Shown: positions 9,704 to 16,554 of the stretch, piece after piece | Position numbering within the stretch: the first letter of the stretch is position 1 | How the letters are laid out: each line of letters opens with the position of its first letter | Assembly (NCBI GenBank): GCA_944377365.1 | Contig: CALWEQ010000010.1 | Span: 4,304 to 68,303 of the forward strand | Length of the DNA: 64,000 bases | Source: an uncultured Clostridia bacterium | GTDB taxonomy: Bacteria; Bacillota; Clostridia; Christensenellales; UBA1242 | Reading direction: 5' to 3' | Translations under genes and position numbers: made by a program | The notes under the pieces: generated by a model | What the model was told of the DNA's origin: nothing | The model's input: the letters and a program-made list of their open reading frames with translations, nothing else | Database searches by the model: none

Positions 9704-9821
9704 AAGATAAATATGTGATTGCTAGTTATTAAAATGATTGTTTTTTTTGTTAAAAACAAATAAATTGATTTTAAATGAAACTATGTAAAAAGATAAAAAA
9801 TATTAAAAGAAGATACAAAAA

Positions 9822-10385
9822 ATGATATTTTATCATGGGACGCAAGATCCAAAATTAAGAAAACTTTAAGTGAACAAAAAGTCCACGCGTAAAGATGATC
9901 AGGGTAATATTTTTTTAACAACTGATTATGCATGCGCATTTATGTATGCAGCGGCGCCAATTAGATTCTTTGTTTATAGAGGCGGAAAATTATATTTGCG
10001 CGAACATGACAAAGATTATCTTAAAAAATTATATGAAGGGCACGATTGTTATATTTTTACTATAGAGCTTGAAGGTGCTAAACAAGTTGATCATTCGACA
10101 GGTAAAGTTTTTATTTATGACAAAGACATAGAACTCGATGTAGAGAAAAGGGAGTACATACCAGATGCTTATGAAAAGATGCTGGAACTTGAAAAGCAAG
10201 GTATATTAGGTGTAGAACGTTGGGAAGATTACCCTGATGAGCAAAAACAAAAAATAAGGAAAAATTTAATTGATGGATATACTCCGTATATGGAAGATAT
10301 GAAAAATAAATTTCCAGATCAATACGATTTTCTCGTTTATTTTTATCCAGAGTTGAAAGTGGAAGACAAAATAAACAAAAATTAA
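9822..10385 (+). pseudogene. Hypothetical gene interrupted by one in-frame TAA (ATG 9822 ... TAA 9867-9869 ... ORF 9870-10385)
   Basis: ATG at 9822 gives MIFYHGTQDPKLRKL, then TAA, then the same frame continues as VNKKSTRKDDQGNIFLTTDY... to 10385. The downstream ORF has no convincing RBS of its own. Confidence 0.45.
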
Positions 10386-10503
10386 TTATCGACAAATAAA
10401 AAAACTGAAAGTAAATAGTCAATAAATTAGCAGTAAATTGAAAAGAAATAACAATAAATATTAACTAAAAAATATCGCCTTATCAAGGCGATATTTTTAA
10501 ACG

Positions 10504-10579
10504 TGGAGCTGGTGATGGGACTCGGACCCATGACCTTTCGATTACGAATCGAATGCACTACCAACTGTGCTACACCAGC
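10504..10579 (-). tRNA. tRNA-Thr (CGU)
   Basis: The reverse complement folds as a cloverleaf: GCTGGTG..GCAC/GTGC..TTCGA-TTCGTAA-TCGAA..ATGGG-TCCGAGT-CCCAT-CACCAGC-T-CCA. CCA is encoded. Confidence 0.9.
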
Positions 10580-10606
10580 AAATTTTTTTTGTGTATGACG
10601 AGAGTT

Positions 10607-10635
10607 ATAATATCAGATATATTAACAAAAGTCAA
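10607..10635 (-). promoter_or_regulatory. Sigma-A-type promoter for tRNA-Thr(CGU)
   Basis: On the minus strand: TTGACT, 17 nt, TATTAT. It ends about 27 nt upstream of the tRNA 5' end. Confidence 0.55.
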
Positions 10636-10805
10636 AACATTTTGATTGTTTTTAAAATTTGTTTTAAATCAAATTTGCTTGTTTAAATTTTGAATTTGTG
10701 ATAAACTACAAATAGTAAATATATTTTTATTTATGTTTTTGCTTATAACACAATATATATAGCGTAGTCTGACATAACAAATACTACATATTGAGAGGTG
10801 AAAAA

Positions 10806-12473
10806 TTGTTTAATATTGCGATTGATGGAACGACAAGTAGCGGTAAAACCACAATAGCCAAAATTTTAGCAAAAAAGTTAAATATGAAGGTGTTTGATAC
10901 TGGTGCATTATATCGTGCTATTGCTTGTGGATATCAACGAACTGGAAAGTCAATTAATGAAAAATCGCTTAAAAAATTTATTGCGTCTTTGAATATGAAA
11001 GTCGATTTTGTAAAAGACGAGCAACATGTTTATGTAAACGGAATTGATGAAACAGACAATTTAAGAAAAGAAGAAATAAGCGATTTAAGTTCCCTAATTT
11101 CACCTTACAAATTTGTTAGAAATTTTGTGTTAAGCATGCAACGAGATTTTGCTTCAAAAAATGAATGTGTTATGGAAGGGCGAGATATAACTAGCGAAGT
11201 TTTGCCTAATGCTGATATTAAATTTTTCTTTGATGCCGATGTTACTGTTAGGGCAAAGAGAAGATATGAACAGCAAAAGAACAAGCCTTTCCCACAAACT
11301 TTTGAAAAGGTCTTTGAAAATTTAAAATTAAGAGATATGCGAGATAAAAACAGGGAATACGGCAAGCTTAAAATCGTTGAAGATGCTGTTTTTATTGACT
11401 CTACTGAAAAAACAATTGACGAAATGCTAGACTTTTGTTATGACGTAGTTAAAAAAGAATTTGAGGCAAGAAAGAAATGTTTGGTTACGGGTTGTACTGG
11501 TCATATCGGGAATGTTTTGATAAGGAATTTGTTAGAGAACAGATATAAGGTTACTGCACTTGTTCTTCCTAGCGAGGATTTGACACCGATAAAAGATTTA
11601 GACGTAAAGATAATAGAAGGTGACGTAACCGATCGTGATTTCATCTTCAAAATTATAAAAAAAGATTATATTGTTTTTCATTTGGCAGGAATTATTGATA
11701 TAGGTAGTATTCCTACACAGAAAGTTTTTAAAGTAAACATTGACGGGACTAAAAATGTTGTTGATGCGTGCATTAAGAATAAGGCGAAAAAACTTTTATA
11801 CACTAGCACTGTGAACATTATTGATCCAATTGATGGAAGAGTTTTAAAAGAGCCAAAAACATTTAACACAAAAATTATAAAAGGATCATATGCGGTGTCA
11901 AAATATCAGGCAACGCAGTATATTTTAGACAAGTGTAAAGACTCAAATTTGAATGCAGTGATTTTGTATCCTTCCGCTGTTGTTGGTCCATTTGACTTTA
12001 AAGTTTCTGAGGTTGGACAAGTTATATTGGATTTCATGAATAGAAAACTGTATGGTTATGTAAGAGGAGGTTATAATTTTGTCGACGTGAGAGATGTGGC
12101 TGAAGCATTAAGACTCGCATCAAAAAAAGGAATTGACGGTGAGAGCTACATAATAAGTGGCCAAACCATGACATTTAAAACACTTTTACAAACAATAAAC
12201 CGTGTTTTAAACAGAAAATATATGCCACCAAAATTTGCCATATGGTTTGTAAAATTGTTTGCAAAGGTTTCAACTGCTTTTTACAAAATGCGTGGCAAAA
12301 AACCTGTTTTAAGTGATTACTCGATAACTGCATTTACAAGAAATAGCAATTTTTCGCATAAAAAGGCGACAAAACAATTGGGATACAATCCTAGATCGGT
12401 CATAGTTTCAGTTGAAGATTCTGTCAATTGGTTTATAGAAAATGGTTATTGTAAAACTATAAGGAAAAAATAA
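10806..12473 (+). CDS. cmk: Fusion protein: cytidylate kinase (N-terminal, about 225 aa) plus NAD-dependent epimerase/dehydratase-type SDR (C-terminal, about 330 aa)
   Basis: Cmk part: IAIDGTTSSGKTT P-loop and DTGALYRA. SDR part: VTGCTGHIGNVL Rossmann motif and YAVSK (YxxxK). Single uninterrupted ORF. The TTG at 10806 follows an AGAGGTG RBS; the ORF track starts at 10791. Confidence 0.8.
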   Translation: MFNIAIDGTTSSGKTTIAKILAKKLNMKVFDTGALYRAIACGYQRTGKSINEKSLKKFIASLNMKVDFVKDEQHVYVNGIDETDNLRKEEISDLSSLISPYKFVRNFVLSMQRDFASKNECVMEGRDITSEVLPNADIKFFFDADVTVRAKRRYEQQKNKPFPQTFEKVFENLKLRDMRDKNREYGKLKIVEDAVFIDSTEKTIDEMLDFCYDVVKKEFEARKKCLVTGCTGHIGNVLIRNLLENRYKVTALVLPSEDLTPIKDLDVKIIEGDVTDRDFIFKIIKKDYIVFHLAGIIDIGSIPTQKVFKVNIDGTKNVVDACIKNKAKKLLYTSTVNIIDPIDGRVLKEPKTFNTKIIKGSYAVSKYQATQYILDKCKDSNLNAVILYPSAVVGPFDFKVSEVGQVILDFMNRKLYGYVRGGYNFVDVRDVAEALRLASKKGIDGESYIISGQTMTFKTLLQTINRVLNRKYMPPKFAIWFVKLFAKVSTAFYKMRGKKPVLSDYSITAFTRNSNFSHKKATKQLGYNPRSVIVSVEDSVNWFIENGYCKTIRKK

Positions 12474-12509
12474 TAATGTTAGTATTTTATTAAATTTTTA
12501 AAGGAACAC

Positions 12510-13160
12510 ATGATGAGATATTTTAATGTTGAGAATAATAAAATCACATATAATGCTATCGCTCAAAATTATGCAAATATTGCAATACGTGAAATTGCCC
12601 CAAAGTATTTTATAGACAATTTTTTAAATTCGTTGAATGGAAAGGATATTTTGGATGTTTGTTGTGGAACAGGGCAAATTTCAAAATATTTAGCGAGCGA
12701 AGGTTTTAATGTTTTGGGAATTGACAACAGCAAAAATATGATAAACCTCGCAAAGCAATTAGTAAAAAATTGCAAATTTAAGTTGGCAGATGCATTGGAA
12801 TATAAATCAGATTACAAGTATGATGGTGTGCTTGCACACGAGTGTTTGTCAAATTTCACATATTCACAAGCACGAAAATTGATCGAAAATATTTTTTATG
12901 CCTTAAAGGACGATGGAAAAGCACTGATATCTTTTTCGGAGGGCGAAGGGGAGCGTTTTGAACGATTAGATCCAGAATTACCTCTTAGGCTTTTCATAAA
13001 AAAATATACGGTTCGAGAAGTCAATGAAATTTTAGACGGATATTTTAAGATATCAGGAATGTGGGTAGTAAATGAAATGGAAAAGGAAAGACAAGTCGGC
13101 AGAAAATTTTATTTGTTGTTAACAAAAGCACCTTCATTTGAGCAAAATCCTATTGATTAG
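12510..13160 (+). CDS. Class I SAM-dependent methyltransferase
   Basis: Motif I ILDVCCGTGQIS; 216 aa. Confidence 0.75.
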   Translation: MMRYFNVENNKITYNAIAQNYANIAIREIAPKYFIDNFLNSLNGKDILDVCCGTGQISKYLASEGFNVLGIDNSKNMINLAKQLVKNCKFKLADALEYKSDYKYDGVLAHECLSNFTYSQARKLIENIFYALKDDGKALISFSEGEGERFERLDPELPLRLFIKKYTVREVNEILDGYFKISGMWVVNEMEKERQVGRKFYLLLTKAPSFEQNPID

Positions 13161-13163
13161 TAA

Positions 13164-13188
13164 AACATAGCAGATTGCTATGTTTTTT
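13164..13188 (+). terminator. Rho-independent terminator of the methyltransferase gene
   Basis: Stem AACATAGCA/TGCTATGTT with loop GAT, then a T-run. Confidence 0.7.
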
Positions 13189-13222
13189 AATGTTAACATT
13201 ATCGGGATCTAACTGACAAAAC

Positions 13223-13244
13223 AAAAAAAAGACCTCGAAAGGTC
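13223..13244 (-). terminator. Rho-independent terminator (second copy) after the tRNA-Thr pseudo-copy
   Basis: Minus strand: GACCT-TTCG-AGGTC followed by 8 T. It is a near-duplicate of the terminator at 13410-13430. Confidence 0.6.
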
Positions 13245-13251
13245 AGTTTGT

Positions 13252-13290
13252 TGGAGCTGGCGATAGGAATCGAACCTACAACCTGCTGAT
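13252..13290 (-). pseudogene. Orphan copy of the 3' half of tRNA-Thr(UGU), from the anticodon-stem 3' strand through CCA
   Basis: These 39 nt are identical to 13438-13476 of the intact gene. Upstream sequence (13291 onward) diverges and no acceptor 5' strand is present. Confidence 0.7.
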
Positions 13291-13409
13291 AACGAGCTGA
13301 GAGTGGGCAAATGCTTGCAAATTAGCACATGCGAAGCGAAGTTATATTAAAAACGAAATAGTGAGTTTTTAATATTATAGTCAGCGCTGACTTGTAATCA
13401 GTCTTAAAC

Positions 13410-13430
13410 AAAAAAAGACCCCGAAAGGTC
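13410..13430 (-). terminator. Rho-independent terminator at the end of the tRNA operon
   Basis: Minus strand: GACCT-TTCG-GGGTC followed by 7 T, 7 nt after the tRNA-Thr CCA. Confidence 0.65.
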
Positions 13431-13437
13431 ATTTAAA

Positions 13438-13512
13438 TGGAGCTGGCGATAGGAATCGAACCTACAACCTGCTGATTACAAGTCAGCTGCTCTACCGTTG
13501 AGCCACGCCAGC
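13438..13512 (-). tRNA. tRNA-Thr (UGU)
   Basis: GCTGGCG-TG-GCTC..GAGC-A-GCTGA-CTTGTAA-TCAGC-AGGTT-GTAGG-TTCGATT-CCTAT-CGCCAGC-T-CCA. Confidence 0.9.
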
Positions 13513-13566
13513 ATATTGCGAATTAAGTGCCAAAGAGAAGGGGAATTTGTTGACGCTTAATCGCGT

Positions 13567-13642
13567 TGGTGCCCTAAGGTGGAATCGAACCACCGACACA
13601 AGGATTTTCAGTCCTTTGCTCTACCGACTGAGCTATCAGGGC
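13567..13642 (-). tRNA. tRNA-Phe (GAA)
   Basis: GCCCTGA-TA-GCTC-AGTCGGTA-GAGC-A-AAGGA-CTGAAAA-TCCTT-GTGTC-GGTGG-TTCGATT-CCACC-TTAGGGC-A-CCA. Confidence 0.92.
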
Positions 13643-13677
13643 ATATAAATTAGTTTTTTTCGATTCCACCTTATTTT

Positions 13678-13856
13678 GCGGTGGTGTGGAATCGAAGCAC
13701 CGACACGGCTTCGAAAATCGTGCTTGCGCTCGCTTTGCTACTCGCAAAGGCTCGGTTAACGCACGTTTTCTTCGCTTCCCAAAATGCCAAGCATTTTGAG
13801 ACACCTCTGACTCAGTCCTTTGCTCTACCGACTGAGCTATCAAGAGATAATCAAGA
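13678..13856 (-). pseudogene. tRNA-Phe-like pseudo-unit with a 105-nt hairpin-rich insertion in the anticodon
   Basis: The 5' part, TGATAGCTCAGTCGGTAGAGCAAAGGACTGA, matches tRNA-Phe through anticodon position 35. Then comes a 105-nt insert (13707-13811), then GTGTCGGTGCTTCGATTCCACA (variable region and T-arm). There is no matching acceptor 3' strand. Confidence 0.65.
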
Positions 13857-13966
13857 CTTAGGTTAATGCTTGTTTAAAATGTTTTTATGTTTGAAAAACA
13901 AGATGTGAACCCAAAATTTCCCACTTATTAAACCATATAAAAAGGGGAGATTACGACAAACCAACA

Positions 13967-14043
13967 TGGCGACTCGGATGGGACTTGAACCCACGACCTC
14001 TAGCGTGACAGGCTAGCGTTCTAACCAACTGAACTACCGAGCC
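13967..14043 (-). tRNA. tRNA-Asp (GUC)
   Basis: GGCTCGG-TA-GTTC-AGTTGGTTA-GAAC-G-CTAGC-CTGTCAC-GCTAG-AGGTC-GTGGG-TTCAAGT-CCCAT-CCGAGTC-G-CCA. Confidence 0.92.
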
Positions 14044-14075
14044 ATATGAAGTTGATTTGTCGTTCGCTTTCGCGA

Positions 14076-14160
14076 TGGTGGGAAGGGATGGATTCGAACC
14101 ATCGAAGACGTAGTCGACGGATTTACAGTCCGTTGCATTTGGCCGCTCTGCAACCTTCCC
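14076..14160 (-). tRNA. tRNA-Tyr (GUA), long variable arm
   Basis: GGGAAGG..GCAGAGCGGCCAAATGC..CGGACTGTAAATCCG..long variable arm..GATGGTTCGAATCCATC-CCTTCCC-A-CCA. Confidence 0.9.
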
Positions 14161-14202
14161 ATGTTTGCGTTCAGCCACTTTTGTTGATGAGCAGTCTTGC
14201 TC

Positions 14203-14279
14203 TGGTGGGCCTTCAGGGACTTGAACCCCGGACCGACCGGTTATGAGCCGGTTGCTCTAACCAACTGAGCTAAAGGCCC
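14203..14279 (-). tRNA. Elongator-type tRNA with CAU anticodon (tRNA-Met, or tRNA-Ile2 if C34 is lysidinylated)
   Basis: GGGCCTT-TA-GCTC-AGTTGGTTA-GAGC-A-ACCGG-CTCATAA-CCGGT-CGGTC-CGGGG-TTCAAGT-CCCTG-AAGGCCC-A-CCA. It is not initiator-like: the 1:72 pair is intact and the anticodon stem has no GGG/CCC. The 5' half resembles what I recall of Bacillus tRNA-Ile2. Confidence 0.85.
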
Positions 14280-14664
14280 AAGAATAACTTGGATTTTTGT
14301 TTTTTTTCTACCGGTCGGTCCGGGGACGCGACTCGGTTATATCACAACAATTCTAACGAATAGTTGTGATGCGGTTTTCACAAAAATGTAATTGCAAGCA
14401 AACATTTTTGTTTTAACCTAAGAGCTCGGTTGCTCAATGGAGCTGAGCTAAAGGCCCAAGAATAACTTGGATTTTTGTTTTCTTCTGCCGGTCGGTCCGG
14501 GAGACGCGACTCGGTTATATCACAACAATTCTAGCGAAGAGTTGTGATGCGGTTTTCACAAAAATGTTATTGCAAGCAAACATTTTTGTTTTAACCTAAG
14601 AGCTCGGTTGCTCTTGTGAGCTGAGCCCAAGACCCAAGATTAACTTGGATTTTGATTTTTCTTC
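14280..14664 (-). repeat. Tandem repeat of 178-bp tRNA(CAU)-derived units (14280-14457, 14458-14635, plus a partial third copy of about 29 bp)
   Basis: The two full units are roughly 90 percent identical by eye. Each starts (minus sense) with GGGCCTTTAGCTCAG (unit 1) or a degenerate version (unit 2) and carries the same upstream spacer, AATCCAAGTTATTCTT, as the real tRNA. Confidence 0.85.
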
Positions 14665-14676
14665 ATTTATAGAAGA

Positions 14677-14752
14677 TGGTCGGGGTGGAGAGGCTCGAAC
14701 TCCCGACCCCATGGTCCCAAACCACGTGCGCTACCAACTGCGCTACACCCCG
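14677..14752 (-). tRNA. tRNA-Pro (UGG)
   Basis: CGGGGTG-TA-GCGC-AGTTGGTA-GCGC-A-CGTGG-TTTGGGA-CCATG-GGGTC-GGGAG-TTCGAGC-CTCTC-CACCCCG-A-CCA. Confidence 0.9.
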
Positions 14753-14773
14753 ACGTTTTTAGGTTGCGAAATC

Positions 14774-14802
14774 ATTTTACACTAAACAAAAAACGATGTC
14801 AA
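14774..14802 (-). promoter_or_regulatory. Sigma-A-type promoter of the tRNA operon (Pro-UGG onward)
   Basis: On the minus strand: TTGACA, 17 nt, TAAAAT. It ends about 21 nt upstream of tRNA-Pro(UGG). Confidence 0.65.
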
Positions 14803-14955
14803 GAAAATTAAAACAATTTTTATAAAATAATTGTAAATTTCTATTTTTGCACTCTTTTTTTAAGAATTTTAAATTATAGAAGCTTTTTAATCTTTACTCT
14901 TGTTTCACTTTATTTTATTAAAAATTTTTATTTTTGTGAAATTTGTTAGTTTATT

Positions 14956-15031
14956 TGGTCGGCGTGGCGGGATTTGAACCCACGACCTCATGGTCCCGAA
15001 CCATGCGCGCTACCAACTGCGCTACGCGCCG
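14956..15031 (-). tRNA. tRNA-Pro (CGG)
   Basis: CGGCGCG-TA-GCGC-AGTTGGTA-GCGC-G-CATGG-TTCGGGA-CCATG-AGGTC-GTGGG-TTCAAAT-CCCGC-CACGCCG-A-CCA. Confidence 0.9.
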
Positions 15032-15039
15032 ATATACTG

Positions 15040-16452
15040 CTAATCAGTAAATACGTTTTGATCAGCATAATTTTTTATAAAATTTATTTTATTCTCCATT
15101 TGTTTTAAAGAAACAGGGAAAAAGTCAAAATAAGTTGTAGCAACATTAAAGCCAGATTTGCTTACAGGTTTTAATGTGTGGACATGGCCAAACAGATTTA
15201 TCATTTCTTTGTTGCAATCAATAGGTTTGTGTGTCAAAAATATTTCAAAATTGTCTATTTTAATTTTTAAATTTTTTTCTACTACGTCGTAAAATCCAAT
15301 AGATTTAAGTTGTTCTTTAAACTTGCTAAAACTTAATTTTTGTCTTTTCATATCTGCAACTTCATAATTTCCCAAGATTAATATAACTTTTCCGTTTAAC
15401 CTTTTTATATAATTATATTCTCCAAAGTCGCCTAGATGATAAACGACATCGTCTTTTGAAACAACGCTGTTCCATCTTTTTACTAGTTCATAATTCATTT
15501 GTTCAACATTTTCAAAAGGTACTAAATGAAATTTTATCACGCGATCAGAAGAAAAGTGAGTGTCAGAAGTAAAGAAAATGTTTTTTTGTGATTTTGTTTC
15601 TACTGATGTAATTGAATTGATAAAATCTTTCCATATGTCATAATTAGCTTCTTTTTGTAAATCAAAAATGTAATTTACTTCTTTAAATTGGTCAAGTTTT
15701 TCTTGTTCTTTTAAAAGTTCGTTGGCATTGATTTTTGTTGAGCAAAACCAATTTTTGTTTATTAAATACGCTACAGGTCCAATATCGTATATGGTGTGTA
15801 TGCCACGGTTTTGTATTTTAAAAACTGAATCATTTAATTTTCTGTAAAGATATCTTCCAAGTTTATTTTGGCATAAATGATTTTTTGCTTCGTAAATGCT
15901 TGTTACAAACTGTTTTGCTACGGTGCTTGGAAAAATTGTTAAATCGTCAACGTTTTTAATTACAACTTCAAAAGCTTTTTTGTCTTTAATGTAATTAAAA
16001 TCTGTAAATTTTTTGTGTAATAGATGTTGAGTACCTAAAAAAATTATCCTTAAGTTTTTGGATATTTCAGGCTTACTTAAAAGTGCAATGGCGACATTCG
16101 TGAGAGTTCCTAAACAAAGAATAGTAATTTTTTCTTTGCTTGCAATTTTCACTATTTCACTTGATGCGTCACTAACTTTTTGATAGTTGTTTGAAAGATA
16201 ATCAATACTCCCATTTTTTACTATATCTGTATTTTTTAATCCCATTGTTCGCATCAATCTTTTAGCTTCAAATTTTGAATCGATATTGTTGTCATGAATG
16301 GAGTTTCTTTTATAACTAGCTGTAAACGGTGAAACAGAAATGAGTTTAATATCAAACACATCTTGGCGCGAAAGTGCATAGGCGAGGGCAAACACGTCAT
16401 CAACTTCATTTGACACATCACTATCAATAATAAGTTTCATTTTTTTCTTCAT
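15040..16452 (-). CDS. Fusion protein: inosine/uridine-preferring nucleoside hydrolase domain (N-terminal) plus calcineurin-like metallophosphoesterase domain (C-terminal)
   Basis: N-terminal IIDSDVSNEVDDVFAL is the DxDxxxDD nucleoside hydrolase fingerprint. The C-terminal roughly 170 aa carry SDTHF, LGDFG, GNYE, THKP and GHVH, the metallophosphoesterase motif series. Confidence 0.7.
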   Translation of the reverse strand: MKKKMKLIIDSDVSNEVDDVFALAYALSRQDVFDIKLISVSPFTASYKRNSIHDNNIDSKFEAKRLMRTMGLKNTDIVKNGSIDYLSNNYQKVSDASSEIVKIASKEKITILCLGTLTNVAIALLSKPEISKNLRIIFLGTQHLLHKKFTDFNYIKDKKAFEVVIKNVDDLTIFPSTVAKQFVTSIYEAKNHLCQNKLGRYLYRKLNDSVFKIQNRGIHTIYDIGPVAYLINKNWFCSTKINANELLKEQEKLDQFKEVNYIFDLQKEANYDIWKDFINSITSVETKSQKNIFFTSDTHFSSDRVIKFHLVPFENVEQMNYELVKRWNSVVSKDDVVYHLGDFGEYNYIKRLNGKVILILGNYEVADMKRQKLSFSKFKEQLKSIGFYDVVEKNLKIKIDNFEIFLTHKPIDCNKEMINLFGHVHTLKPVSKSGFNVATTYFDFFPVSLKQMENKINFIKNYADQNVFTD

Positions 16453-16554
16453 ACAAAAATATTAACAGTTCGCCATTTTTTTGTCAAATATATAAATAAA
16501 TATGTTGGAGAAAATATATAAATATGTTAGACTAATTTAACCTTGGAGGTAAAA

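Noticed and set aside
9867-9869. TAA reassignment or an alternative genetic code as an explanation for the in-frame stop
   Set aside because: Many well-defined genes in the window end at TAA at the expected length, for example the glycosyltransferase, rluB region genes, cmk fusion, recN and serS. TAA is therefore a normal stop here.
13574-14246. ORF-track entries 13574-13843 (-), 13681-13866 (+), 13951-14178 (-) and 14046-14246 (+)
   Set aside because: They run straight through tRNA genes and tRNA-derived pseudo-units and have no RBS. Their 'proteins' are translations of tRNA sequence.
14369-14419. A 15-codon mini-ORF on the plus strand of each 178-bp unit (MRFSQKCNCKQTFLF; unit 2 has Y for N), considered as a possible tandem peptide or RiPP precursor
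   Set aside because: There is no convincing RBS, and the ORF coincides with a perfect 10-bp RNA hairpin. It also lies antisense to a strongly promoted tRNA operon. RNA structure explains the sequence better than coding.
13707-14421. Group I (or other self-splicing) introns in the tRNA anticodon loops
   Set aside because: The insertion position (34/35 or 35/36) is intron-like. However, the inserts are only 81-105 nt, far below group I size. The 3' exons (anticodon-stem 3' strand and acceptor 3' strand) are missing or scrambled, so splicing could not restore a tRNA.
14280-14664. A CRISPR array, also considered for the A-rich arrays at 51690-51900 and 60741-60900
   Set aside because: The repeat units are 178 bp, or degenerate 22-23 bp with no unique spacers between them. 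There is no 25-40 nt repeat/spacer alternation and no cas genes in the window.
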